The translations under genes and the position numbers were made by a program. The notes below the pieces were generated by a model. The model saw only the letters and a list, made by a program, of their open reading frames with translations, made no database searches and was not told where the DNA came from. Below are positions 9,600 through 21,094 of a DNA stretch of 64,000 bases, piece by piece. The stretch's first letter is position 1, and every line of letters begins with the position of its first letter. Source of the stretch: Blastocladiella emersonii ATCC 22665 (lineage: Eukaryota; Fungi; Blastocladiomycota); assembly GCA_025594325.1 (NCBI GenBank), contig JANHCV010000003.1, positions 2,294,001-2,358,000 of the forward strand, written 5' to 3'.

Positions 9600-11407
9600 A
9601 AGCCTTCACCACTTACTGCAAATGTATCAACAACATGGAAATGGCCTCTGCGTCGTGCCATTCGGTCAAATGAAGCTGCACCTCCTGCCAGCACGACGAG
9701 GCCGCCGCACAGCGTCACACTGACCTTGCGCCATTGTTGCGGGCGGGTTCTGATCGGATATGACTCGAACAGCAAAGAGCCCATGTCGGGCGCGTTCGAA
9801 GCTATTTATGAGGCCTACGACCACGCCTCGAGGCGCCCACACTGCAATCTCCGCTGTTCCACTTTGCAAGCGAGGACCGCTTCGACCGCGCGCTGCTCAA
9901 GGACTGGATGATGCTGGTCCGCGTGTGTCGCGTCCTGACGCTCCCGTCGCTGACGGTCGCCATGGCCAAGGGCGCAGTCGACGAGCTCCGCGACTTCACC
10001 AAGGCGTTCGCGCGGCGGTTCGGCGCGCACGTCGTCAAGCCCAACATCCACCTCGCCCTCCACTACGCCGAGAGCATCATGAACCACGGGCCCACGCCCA
10101 GCACGTGGCTCTTCGGCTTCGAGCGGTACAACGGCAACTTCAAGAACCGCACCGTGCAGGCGCTCACGGTCGAGGAGTGCTACATGCGCAGCCACCTCCG
10201 CATGCAGCGGCTCGACTAGACGATCCGCGCCGCCGTGACCGCCGAGCCGCGCGTCGCCACGCTGCTGCCCGGTCGACGGGTATCCGACTCGGGCGACGCC
10301 CTCGTCGAGCACCGGAGCACGCGCGCGCGCCTGCTCCCCAACCACCTCGCCACGGCGTTCAAGGCGTTTGCGCGCGCGGTGCTCCGCGAGCCCGACGGAT
10401 CGGCTGCTACGACCACTTCGGGCGGGCATTCGTGGTTCATCCGCACCCTGCAACTCAACGGCATGGTGCTCAACCGCAGCCCTTCCGCGACCGCCGCGTC
10501 CGTGTTCCACTCGGCGACGCTGTCTGGCGTTCCGCTGCAGTGTGGCAAGAACGCCGTCGTCCGCAGCGTGATCCCAACGACGGTGGCCAACGCGGTGTTT
10601 GCTGTTCCTGGCGCGTTCCCCGCGCTGCCGCGCTCCGCGCGCTTCGTGGTGCCTAACGCGGACGCGGACTCGGCCATATCGTCGATTTTGGGCTACATCT
10701 CCAACTTTTTCGAGCTCGGCGTCGTCGTGTTCGCCGCGCTGTCGCCGATCGCCGTGCGCCCGGTGCACCACCGCCGGATCAACAAGCAGGACAGGGCGCG
10801 AACGGAGACGGCAGGCCTCGGCCGCGCGTGCTACGTCCCCGTCGCGCAGCCGATCGTTGTACCGGTCCGCGCTCTTCGCGACCGCGTGTGCGTGTGCCCT
10901 GGCGAGCAGCGGCCACCACTGGCGGCTCGCGACGCGCCCGCCGACAATGAGTTTGTATGGACCATCTCGCGCATCCCGATCCCGCGGCATGGCGAGCTTG
11001 ACACGGCCGGCGCGGTCGATCCGGCCATGCAACCGCATGGCGGGACAGGAGCGGGGGCCAATGGTGGCAACGACGTTAACTGACGCAATGTATAACTGTT
11101 TCTGCTGCTCATTCAGCGCAGTATCGACCCATCAGCGAGCGAATCAGGCGGTGAAACTGCTGATCGCCGCCGCGACCAGCTATCCGACCACTAAGTGCAG
11201 CAAAGTAACTTTGCGCTCCGTGTCCCAAGACACTTTGCGCGCGGGTGCAAACTAAACGTTTCCAAAGCAATCTTGTTCAAAACCACAAAGTAATCCCTTG
11301 CGCAAAGTAACTTTGCATTACTTTGTTGGCCCAAAGTTACTTTGCAATCCTTTGCGGGTTTACTTTGTCACCGCCACAAAGGAACTTTGCCCCGCCTGTT
11401 CACTGTG
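9600..11407 (+). mobile_element. Degenerate CACTA/EnSpm (CMC group) transposon: transposase relic plus right end
   Basis: KPNIHLALHYAESIMNHGPTPSTWLFGFERYNGNFK (within 9908-10219) matches the C-terminal HxxxH...GP...W.F.FER signature; in-frame stops on both sides; subterminal palindromes and terminal CACTGTG at 11401-11407; left end not found. Confidence 0.7.
11201..11389. repeat. Subterminal array of CAAAG-N3-CTTTG palindromes
   Basis: Full copies at 11201, 11303, 11332 and 11377, plus half-sites. Confidence 0.85.
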
Positions 11408-11595
11408 ACCGCGCCAGGCAGCGAGGACGTCTTCGTTGACGAGGGATACGAGATCATCCACTCGACGCTCAAGCTCGCGCCAACGACCAAAGCCAACATG
11501 AACGAGTCCATCATGATCGAGTCCACGTCGGTTGCATGTGCACGGGTGATATCATTAAGAGGTTGAGCAATGGGTTGTCGAGAGAATGTGAGCGT

Positions 11596-12680
11596 TCAGT
11601 GGGAGGAGCGGTAGAAGCGAAGCGAGGGGGATTCTTCGGGTACCGGTAGCGGCTGGTCGTACTCGTACACGGGCGGGAACCCCGCGGCCTCGGCCTTGGC
11701 CTCCTCGATCTCGCGGACCTGCTTCATGGCCATGGCCCCGAGCGCTGGCTGGCGGCGCCACGCATACCTGGCGCGGCCGCCGTACCCGAAGCTCGGTCGC
11801 GATGGCGACCAGGTCCGTTGGACGCGGTGCAGGGAGGCATCGGGCGCTGATGTCCGTGGCGGTGACGACGCGATGGTGACGCGGCGGTCGCCGTCCGATG
11901 GGCGACGCAGTGGTGCAGCGGGTGTTTTCGAGCCGCGACGAGGTAATGCGGGTGCAGGGTCCGATGAGCGACGTGGTGGCGCAGCCGTAGTGCGACGAGG
12001 CTGTGCAGGTGCAGGGTCCGACGCGCGGCGTTTCGATGCCGCCGCCTTCTTCGCGGGTGCGCGCCGTTTCGGTGCTGCTGGCGGTTTCGGTGCCGCAGGC
12101 GGCTTCTCGGCGGACGGTTTACGCGGACCGCGCTTGCGCGGGGGTTTCGCGGCGGCGGTGACGACGACAGGTGCGGGCTGAGTTGGTGGCGGCGAGGGCA
12201 GATGGACATGGACCGGTGCCGGCGGTGATACTGGAGCCGGCGGTTCGGGTCTGCGCGGGACGAGCTGTTCCTGGATCGCGAACAGCTACACGATGGCGGC
12301 GGCGAGGTGAGCCGCGATCCGGCATGCCACAGTCCGAGGCGATACGCACCTGGTTGTAGGCCGTCTCCGAGAACTCGTGCAGCTTGCGCATGATGTCGAG
12401 CTCCTCGACCATCGTCAACAGCGTAGCGCCGTCGTCGATGCGCTTGACGGCCACGGCCTCGTCCAGCCGCACGCCGTTCTGGAGCTGCACGACGGCGTAG
12501 TCGCAGACGACGGTCTTGTGCTTGTGCGTCCCGCGGTGGCCCCGCAGGTTCGCGACTTTAATATCGACGTCGCAGATGAAACAGTGCGCCCTCTACGGGA
12601 GAAAGCGACGCGGGCTTGGTCAGCGCTCGCGCGCGCGGGACGCTCTCCACCTGCCGCCGATGGCCACCGACCTTTGTCAT
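11596..12680 (-). CDS. Hypothetical protein (~313 aa): N-terminal C2H2-like finger and Pro/Lys/Arg-rich tail, 3 exons
   Basis: join(12680..12672, 12592..12350, 12285..11596), all phase-0 GT-AG; MTKRAHCFICDVDIKVANLRGHRGTHKH. Confidence 0.65.
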
Positions 12681-12907
12681 TGCAGTTTGCGTGATGGTGA
12701 TATCGTTCGTTCAGCTGGACCCTGCTCGACGTTTTGATCAACCTTGGCGGCTGAGCACCGGTCGCGTCGAAAGCGAGACGCGTTCAGCCATCAGCTGATG
12801 CCCCTGCCACGGCTGTCGGGCCTTCGGGCTGACACAATCGCGCGCTCGTCGCACACGACAGGCCGATCGCTCCTATAAAAGCGGGACCCGCGTCATTGCG
12901 ATAAACC

Positions 12908-13876
12908 ATGTCCAACAACATTATTGTACGTTGCACATGGTGCAATGCATGCAGCGGCGCGTTGCGGGCGTCCCCGAGAGTTTTTGCCATGAATCGACAC
13001 CAACAACCGGCCGCGCGCCCGTGCATGCACGCGTGTAGCCGAACCTCTACCGCGAGGTCATCCAGAAGGTCATCGAGAAGGCGCGCGAGGAGTTTGAGCT
13101 CGAGAACATTGACGATGCGATTCTCGACGAGCTGAAGATTGTACGCGTCCCGCTACAGCCGTGACCCTCGCCGTCACTGACCTCGGGCCTGCGCCGCTGT
13201 AGACGTGGGAGCGCAAGCTCAAGGACACGGGCGTCGCCGACTTTGGCACGGCCGACGACGACGACGACGAGTACTACGCCGAGCCGTACGCCGCGCAGCC
13301 GCCGCCGCCCGCGGCCCCGGCGCAGCCGGCGGCGCCGACGGGCCCGCCGCTGTACCAGTTTGGCCCGACCATGGGTCAGTTTGGTCGTGCTGTACGCTTT
13401 CTCTCGGCGCACTCGCGTTCTCCGCGCTGGTCTGACGCGCACGGCACTCGCGTGTGTAGACCTCCCAACAGCCCCTCGCTACACCTGCGCCGCAGGCGCG
13501 CCCACCACCGGGCGGTTCGTCGCACATTCCACAGTACGACGGTCCGGGCGACGACGATGACGACGAGGATGACGAGGACGACGACGAGGACCACCACCAC
13601 GGGCACGCCATGCGGCCCAACGAGGCGTCGGCGGCGGCGGGGGCGACGCCGGCGCCCGAGGAGTACGACGAGGACGCCATCAACAGCGACCTGGACGACG
13701 AGAACGACGACTCGGACGACGAGGCCGACAGCGAGGCGGTCAACATGATGCTGTGCCAGTACGAGAAGGTGAACCGCACCAAGAACAAGTGGAAGTGCGT
13801 GCTGCGCGACGGCATCGTGCAGGTCAACGGGCTCGACTACGCCTTCTCGCGCATCACGGGCGACTACCAGTTCTGA
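12908..13876 (+). CDS. TOA1: Transcription factor IIA large subunit, 241 aa, 4 exons
   Basis: join(12908..12925, 13039..13140, 13203..13391, 13460..13876); N-terminal LYREVIQKVIEKAREEF...TWERKL, IPQYDG, acidic stretch, C-terminal NMMLCQYEKVNRTKNKWKCVLRDG. Confidence 0.95.
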
Positions 13877-13967
13877 TCTCGTGGGTCGGGTTGTTGCGGT
13901 TCCTCATTTCGTTACACGTTCAATAAAACTACAGGAAATCCATCCTCGCACGGGTATCTCTATGAGT

Positions 13968-15196
13968 TCACACCGCGTCCTGCGCGACCGCGCTCCCCAT
14001 GGCCCCGAACAGCTCGTCGAGCGCCTTCATGTGTCCGTCGACGACCCACGCGCGGTGGCCTGCCTCGAGCGACGCGAGCCGGGCCTCGATACCCGCCCCG
14101 CCGATGCCGCCGCCGACAGGCGGTGGAAGTGCTGTCGCTCCGCGCGCGAGACTGCTGGACCGCGGCGGCCCCATCCCGCCGAGCTGCATCTGCGCCTGCA
14201 TCTCGTCGAGCCGGTGGGCGAGCCCCTGGACCTGGATCTCGAGCCGCCGTCGCATGTCGGTCTCGGTCGCGAGCTGGCGGTCGAGCTACACGCACACACG
14301 TTCGGTGAGTACCGTGTCAAGTCGCCCGGGTACCCGACGAAAAACGTACCAGCGTGATCTGCCTCGCCGTCTGCACGACCGTCATAGACGCGAGATCGAG
14401 AACCGCGTCGGTCGCCATCTCGTCGCCCTCTCCGTCATCCCCGTCCTCGTCCTCCTCGTCGGCCGGAACGTACTCGACGGCATCGCCCTGCATCGACTGT
14501 CGCGCGAACAGGAGCGCGCGGCGTAGCGTGCGGACCGACTTCTTGGACGCCGATCCGCTCGCCGGCGGCGGTGCAGGTGTCGACGGACGCGACGTAGCGG
14601 CGGAAGCGGTAGCGGGCTGGCCCGTGCGCCCGCGCTCGCGCTCGAACCGCGCGATCTCGGCGTCCTGCGGGTCGACAGCTGGCACAGCCGAGGGCCGGCG
14701 AGACCGTGGTGCGGGGGCCGACGAGGACGAGGACGCGACGGACGCGGCGTCGCTCGCGGTGGTCGTCGGTTTGGGCGTGCTGGACCCGCGCCGGCCGCCG
14801 CGCATCAACACTACCGGCGGGGCCGCGGGCCACCCGCCGTCGCTCTCGTCATCGGAGGCACCGCCACCCGGGCGCCGGCTGGGCGACACGCCGAGGCGGC
14901 CGCTCGCGGGCGTGTACGACTTGAAAACCTGCTTCTTCTTGACCTGCTCCTGCGGCGACAGCTTGAACTGCGACTGGTCGACGATCGAGCCCTGTGCGCG
15001 CATGCGATGGGGCGGGTCAGGTCGGGCTGTGGCGGAGCTGGGTGTCGGCGCAGTAGCGTACATCCCACGCAGGCCGCGGGGCGGGCGGCTGCGGCGAGCG
15101 GGACCGGCGCGGTTTCGCGGTCGGCGGCGTGGCGCGCTTCTTGGTGTCGCCGCCGGATGGCGGGCGAAAGGATGCATTGGCTTCAGACATGGTCAT
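13968..15196 (-). CDS. Hypothetical low-complexity protein with C-terminal coiled coil (~364 aa), 3 exons
   Basis: join(15196..15062, 14991..14350, 14285..13968), phase-0 GTACG-AG introns giving one open frame. Confidence 0.65.
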
Positions 15197-15344
15197 GTGT
15201 TTGCTCAACGGGAGCTGCATTGCGGGAGTCGGAAGGGAGAGAGGAAGGATCGGCGGCCAACGGGGGGTGGCGGAGCTCGCCCGCAAGCTGAAACGTCTCG
15301 CGGGAGACACACGCCAGCGGCCACCCGATGTGATAAAAATCTAT

Positions 15345-17159
15345 TCAAGCTGTTCCCGGCACGCGAAGCCGGATGTCCGGCGCGCTCCACGTCACCTCAT
15401 CATCACCGGCGCCAACAGGCGCCACCGCGTCGTCGGTCTTGATCCCAACCGCCGCGATCACCGCGTTCCAGCACCCGGCGAGGTGCGGGACCACGCCGCG
15501 CGTCCACGTCTCGAGCTTGGCAGCGTCGCCTGTCGCGGCCAGAGCGGTTTGCACGGTCTCGATGGATAACGCGAGCGAATCGGCGAGCGCGGGGAGTTCG
15601 GCGACGGGGACGCGCGGGTGGACCGCGGCGTTGAGCGCGGTGACGACCGCCGCGGCGTAGACGGCGATCGCGCGGCTCGAGCTCGCCCACGCCGCGCCGA
15701 GATCCGCGCCCGGCGGGAGCACGGACGCCCGGGCCGGCGCCTCGACCTCGATCGCGTCCACGGCGTCGCGTGCCGCGCGCTCGACCGCATCGACGAACCG
15801 GCGCCGGACCTCCGCATCCACAACCCGCACAACGACCGCGGCGCCGAGATCCCACCCGAGCCGGCGCCACGCGGACCCGAGCGCCGCGGCCGCATGCCGC
15901 GCGCCCACCGCGAGCGCGTCGGCGTCGGGCAACCCCGCGAGGACCTGCGCGAGCCCCGCCTCGACCGTCCCCGCGAGCGCAACGGCGGCCGCGTGCGCGA
16001 CGCCCGGCTGCGCGGGGAACACGACGCGTGCGTGGGCCCAGGTATCGAACAGGTGGGTGCGCGTTGCGTCGAGCCACGCGAGCGCCGCGGCGAGGGTGAC
16101 CGGGGTCGGCGGCGGCGGGATGCGGGTGCCGCGCGAGGCCAGGTATGCGGCGGCCCACGTGCGCTCGCTCGATACGGCGAGCCGGCGCAGCGATGCGGTT
16201 GCGCGGAGGAGGGAGGGGAGGGGTGTGCCCGCGGGCGAGGTCAGGTGCGCGAGGAGCTGCGAGTGGAGGTCTGACTCGGCGATGGCGCGGGCGTCGGCGG
16301 CGATTGCGGAGACGACGCGGTTTGTGGTAGAGGGCTGCGTGGTCGAGTCGAGTGGCGCGGGAGCGGGCGGGGTCATGGACGCGGTGCTGCTCAGCCGGCG
16401 CGCGAGGCGGTGCACGTTCGCGTCGGCGGGCGGCGCAGGTGCGGGTTCGGCAACGAGACTCGGCGAACTTGTACGCGGCGCCGACGCGAGCGCAGGGTTG
16501 GACCCAGACACGCCGCTCGCCCCTGCCGCGTTGACGCGGCGCTCGAGCGCAGCGATTTGGGAGAGCAGCGCAAACACCTGGTCGAGCAGCGCGCCGACAT
16601 CGGGCGCGCCGGGCGTCGCGGCCGCGACGGCGCAGCGCAGCGTGTCGGGCACGGCGAGCAGCGTGGCGAGCTCGGCGTGGTTGCTCGCGAGCGTGCCCAT
16701 GAGCGTGACGCGGCGCGTGATCTCGTCGAGCCGTGCGTCGATCGACGCCGCGCTCAGGTCTGCCGACGCGTTGGCGGGCGGCGTCACGGCGGCAGAGACG
16801 CGGCGGCTCGCGGTCGTCGACGACGAGTAGGACGAGATGGACTCGTTGGACGCATTCGCCGACTTTGCCGCGGCCTTGACGGGCGCAGCGGCAGGATCCG
16901 CGTCGTCGCCAAACGCGCGGGCGAGCCGCGCCGCGAGCGCCGCTGCCGTGGACGCGACGGGCGCGCACGAAGCGCCGGCGGCGGCCTGGTGCAGCAGCGG
17001 CAGGGCGTCGGCGTGCTCGACGTAGAGCCCGTGGGCGTCGAGCAGCAGGCGCGAGTGGCGCGTGGCGAGCCCCGACGGCAGCGCCGCCAGGTCGCCCGCG
17101 CCGCGCGTCACCCACTCGGCGAGGTACGGCTGCGCTGCGGCGAGTGCATGCGATGTCAT
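15345..17159 (-). CDS. COG8: Conserved oligomeric Golgi complex subunit 8 (Dor1 family), 604 aa, intronless
   Basis: Motifs ELATLLAVPDTLRCAV, PLPSLLRATASLRRL, DATRTHLFDTWAHARVVF correspond to Cog8 LLELP.LM..C, LP..L..V..LRR and R.HLFD. Confidence 0.75.
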   Translation of the reverse strand: MTSHALAAAQPYLAEWVTRGAGDLAALPSGLATRHSRLLLDAHGLYVEHADALPLLHQAAAGASCAPVASTAAALAARLARAFGDDADPAAAPVKAAAKSANASNESISSYSSSTTASRRVSAAVTPPANASADLSAASIDARLDEITRRVTLMGTLASNHAELATLLAVPDTLRCAVAAATPGAPDVGALLDQVFALLSQIAALERRVNAAGASGVSGSNPALASAPRTSSPSLVAEPAPAPPADANVHRLARRLSSTASMTPPAPAPLDSTTQPSTTNRVVSAIAADARAIAESDLHSQLLAHLTSPAGTPLPSLLRATASLRRLAVSSERTWAAAYLASRGTRIPPPPTPVTLAAALAWLDATRTHLFDTWAHARVVFPAQPGVAHAAAVALAGTVEAGLAQVLAGLPDADALAVGARHAAAALGSAWRRLGWDLGAAVVVRVVDAEVRRRFVDAVERAARDAVDAIEVEAPARASVLPPGADLGAAWASSSRAIAVYAAAVVTALNAAVHPRVPVAELPALADSLALSIETVQTALAATGDAAKLETWTRGVVPHLAGCWNAVIAAVGIKTDDAVAPVGAGDDEVTWSAPDIRLRVPGTA

Positions 17160-17744
17160 CTGCGAGTTGCGGTTGGTTTGTCGTCGACAAGGTCGCGGAG
17201 CGGAGATGTGGCGGAGCGCGAGCGGGGCCGTCGGCCGCGACGCTGCGATCTTCGAGACCGCCGCCGCCGCCGCCGCCGTGCCGCTCATGCACGCCGACCG
17301 CACTCCATGCAACCAACCCACACCCCACAACGCGATCGACGCGGGCCTCCTCGCGCCGTCGTTCGCGGTCGGTCAACCGCACGTGCGGCGCGACCGCGAC
17401 TGCGGCGGCAAGTTCAGTGCCGCGCTCCAGCCCCGCCGACGCTCAGCGACCAAGCCCCTCCCCTCCTCCCCCTTCGCTGTGCCGGCCGGCCGTCCCTGCT
17501 GCGCCTCCTCGAGCTCTCTGGTGTTGGTGGCTGACACGGTCTGACGAGACGACGACGACGAGTGCTCCTGCTGCGGTCTCTCCTCTCCATCGAGCACTTC
17601 ATCACCACCAGCGACGGCGTGCGCGCCGGCAACGACTACCCCGCTGCGCCATCGCCGCCTTCATACCATCACCGACTCGCCTCGTGTCGCCGGCCGGCAC
17701 GAGACACATCCATCGACCACCGGTAGACGACCCGAGGAGTCGCC

Positions 17745-19557
17745 ATGGCCGACCCATCGACCCCGCTCGTCCTGTACGCGCGGTCCGCGTCCGACGGCGG
17801 CGTCGCCCCTGCGCTCGGCCTGTTCCCGCTTCCCGGCGAGCCAGCGGCCAACTCGACTGCGCCCGTGTCGCACCTGTGCACCCTCTCCTCGACCACCAAC
17901 GACGCCGTCCGCGTGTGTCCGGGGACCAGCAGCACGGCCGCCGTTGCCGCGCACGCCGCGTGCCTGCGGACCGCGTGTCCGGGCGAGCTCAAGGCGCTCG
18001 ACGCGGCCGTCGTGAACGGGACCACGGCCGCGGACCCTCCCGCCGCGAGACTCGAGGTGTGCGCGCTCGCCAAGTGCCGCGCCACGTTCCGCGACATGGC
18101 CGCGGGGATCTGTGTCCCGCTCGACGCGCCCGCGCTCGTCGACCGCGGCGTGTTCTTGCCGCGCGCGCCCGAGGGCGTCGACGCGAAGATCGCTGCCGTG
18201 TTCCAGCAGTACTCGCGCGCGGTCGCCGACCGGATTCTTTCCGGCAATGCCGACGCGAGGCCGCCGGACGAGGGCTCGTTTGCGGATGCTGCGGCCCTGG
18301 ATGGTACACGCTGCCCCGCCTTGTCTCGGCCACCGTCGTCGACCTCGCTCACACCTTCCCACAAATGTAGGCCAGCGCCTCGGCGTGTGCATGCCGTCGT
18401 TCCCGATCGGCGCCGAGTGTCCGGCGGACCTGGTCGACGTCGAGACGGGCCGCATCACCAACACCTCGATCCTGCTTCGCCCGCCGCTCCCGTTCCCCGC
18501 GCAGAAGACGTGGACCGTCCCGACCGCCCCCGCCGCCGCCCTCACCCTGGTCCGGCTCCCGTCGAGCGCCGCGCAGCGGTCCGCGTTCGCACGGCCCGCC
18601 AATGTCTACTCGCTGACCGTGTGCGGGCAGCAGACGGGCGCGCTGCCGCTTATGCTCACCTCGAGCGACGACGCCGCGTCGGGCACCGAGGACGTGGAGC
18701 GCGCCATGATCGCGTCGTCGCCCGCCGCCGGCCGGATCCTCGGCGCCGCCGCTCTCCCGGGCGGCGCGTGCACGTCCGCCGCGAGCTGCGTCCTGGGCGC
18801 GTGCGTCAACTCGCGGTGCGTGCTCGCCTCGGACACTTTGTCCGTCCCATCACCCCCACCCGCCCCGCCCTCCTCGCCCTCCCCCGCGCCCGCCGACGAC
18901 GCGGACCTCGGCATCGGCAACCCATGGCACACGGACCCGACCTGGATCTTCGCCGCGCAAGCCGCGGGCCTCGTCATCGCGGCGTTCCTACTCCTCGGCT
19001 GGTCGCGCGCGGGCATCGCGTGGCGCACACGCACGCGGCGGCGGCTCGTCCGTGCGCTCGCGTCCGCGCAACCGAAAAAGTCGACCGTCGTTCGCGAACT
19101 CGTGCTCGACCCCGCCGACCCGCGCATGCTCGCGGCGTGGCACCCGGACCGCCCCGCGGCACGACGCGTGCGGTACCTGCCCGACGGGACGGTCGAGGTC
19201 CTACCGCGCGGGTACGGCGGGTGTGATGATGGGACGGGGGAGTGGGTCAGCGAGGAGCCGTTGCCGCGGTATGTCGCGTACGGCGACGAGGATGAGGTAG
19301 GCGGGGACGTGTACCGCGCCCGCGCGCCCGCGCCGACGTACAACGCGGAAACGATCCTCGACCGCCGGCGCGCGCGGCGCGGGTCCACGGCTTCGACGGG
19401 GAGCAGCGGGGCGGATTCCGCGGCGTCGTTTCCGCCGCTGCCGGTGCCAATCGAGGCGCTCGTCGAGGAGCCCGCGACAGCCGAAGCGACGGTCGTGGTC
19501 TCGGCGACGGGGGCGCTGGCGTCCCCGCGGCTCACGGACCAGCCGCCAAGGCGGTGA
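17745..19557 (+). CDS. Cys-rich single-pass membrane protein (~581 aa), 2 exons; paralog of 42813-44159
   Basis: join(17745..18303, 18371..19557); motifs CVPLDAPALVDRGV, GVCMPSFPIGAEC, GGACTSAASCVLGAC; TM near IFAAQAAGLVIAAFLLLGW. Confidence 0.8.
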
Positions 19558-19889
19558 GCAGCTTGTACCATACATATCGAATCCACGTGCGCACACGAGT
19601 AGAATGAACGAAAAGGATACTCATTTGTTTAGGACACACGGAGGGGAGGCGATCGATATCATGTATGTGCATGGTAGAAACAGGGGGGCGGCCGCGGGCG
19701 TGCTCGATCGCGCGGGGGTGCACGCCGCGGCCGCGAAACGGCAAGGAACAGAGGGAGAGCTAGGATGGGTAGGAAATGGGCAAAATGAACACAGGGAGCG
19801 CCGTCGCCGTGGCCGAGGTGATCGGGACCGTGATGGACGGCGACAGACCGGCGCTCGGCCGAGGCGGCGGCGCTCGGCCGAGGCGGCGA

Positions 19890-20444
19890 TCATGCGGGCA
19901 GGACGGCCGCGGCACCGGCGACGGCGGGGTGCATGCGCGAGCGGACCGAGGCGAGGACGTGCAGCAGGCCCTGGCGCGAGCGGGTCATGTTCTCGGCGAA
20001 CTTGGAGATGCCGAACTTCTCGAGGCGCGCCGTGAGCCCCCACCCGAGGTTGCTGGAGATGCGGGCCGTGGTGATGAGCAGCGTGGCCCCGGGCTTGTCC
20101 GGGTGCGGGACCACCTCCTGGGTCTCCTCAATGAACAGGAACCGGCGGTGGTCCATGTTGCGGGTGCGCGTCACCATGCGCTGCGCGTGCGGGTTCACGG
20201 TCGAGTCCTCGACAATGTACGACACGGGGTTGGCCTTGAACAGCGACTGCGCCCACGTCGGCACCGACCCCTTCTTGACGTGCATGCGCGTCGTCGCCAG
20301 CGTCCCGTCCGCCGCCACGCTGCGCGACAGCACGTCGCTCTGCAGCACGTGCGACGCGAACGGGTTCGGGTACTTGTTGAACACGGCGTACGTCACGTCC
20401 GACCACGACGCATCGAGCTCGGTCTTGTGCGTGTACACCTTCAT
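19890..20444 (-). CDS. UPS1: PRELI/MSF1-family mitochondrial lipid-transfer protein (Ups1-like), 184 aa
   Basis: WSDVTYAVFNKYPNPFASHVLQSDVLSR...SYIVEDSTVNP...TRNMDH...IEE. Confidence 0.9.
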   Translation of the reverse strand: MKVYTHKTELDASWSDVTYAVFNKYPNPFASHVLQSDVLSRSVAADGTLATTRMHVKKGSVPTWAQSLFKANPVSYIVEDSTVNPHAQRMVTRTRNMDHRRFLFIEETQEVVPHPDKPGATLLITTARISSNLGWGLTARLEKFGISKFAENMTRSRQGLLHVLASVRSRMHPAVAGAAAVLPA

Positions 20445-21094
20445 GGCGGAGCGGGTGGGCGGGGCGGTCGCGTAGGTGGTGCGGCGGGTTGGAGGGGCGG
20501 GTTGCGTGTGGAACGAGTCCAGGGCAGATGTGGGGGAGCGCGCGCGTGGAGCAGGGTGCAGATGCCACGGAGCGCGGGTTGCAGCGAGTTGCTGGCGGGC
20601 GTCGTGAAGCTTGATTCGTTGCAGGCAGTGGTGCGGGTGTAGAGCGTGAGGCCGATCGCCGCGCTGCTGTCCCTTGAGTTGATGCCGCTGTTCCGGCCGC
20701 CCGCCGGCGCCTTCCGCGTTCCTTCATGCGGCCCCGGATGATGTAACGTGTTCGGGTCCCCTTGGCGCCTGGCCACGCGGGGCCACCTGAGCGCGTCAAC
20801 ACGTCGCCTGCGCCACTACGCCTCGGTCGCTCTCCCTCGCGACTACTTAGTGTCGTGTTCGCCCCGACCACCCCTCGTCCTGTTCGGTACGTTGTTTTCA
20901 CTGCCTACTTACCTTTTGGGTCCCTCGGCCTGGTCCGCACCGCCGCTCCTGCTTGCAGGGGCGACGACGCCCCGGGCCGCTGCTCACGGGGTTCGAATAA
21001 AATCAAGCAGAAGACCAAAGTCTTTGACGATTTATAATGCTCGCCGGGCGCGCTAAACGCTCGGGGCGCTTCGCTGTCGTCCGAAATCTCACTC

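Noticed and set aside
11380-11407. RAG recombination signal sequence
   Set aside because: The heptamer matches but there is no ACAAAAACC nonamer at 12 or 23 bp, and the linked transposase motif is CMC-type.
12681-12907. Both divergent gene pairs (ZF/TFIIA and TTLL9/Tctex) have 227-bp ATG-to-ATG spacers
   Set aside because: No sequence similarity between the spacers and both depend on predicted starts; treated as coincidence.
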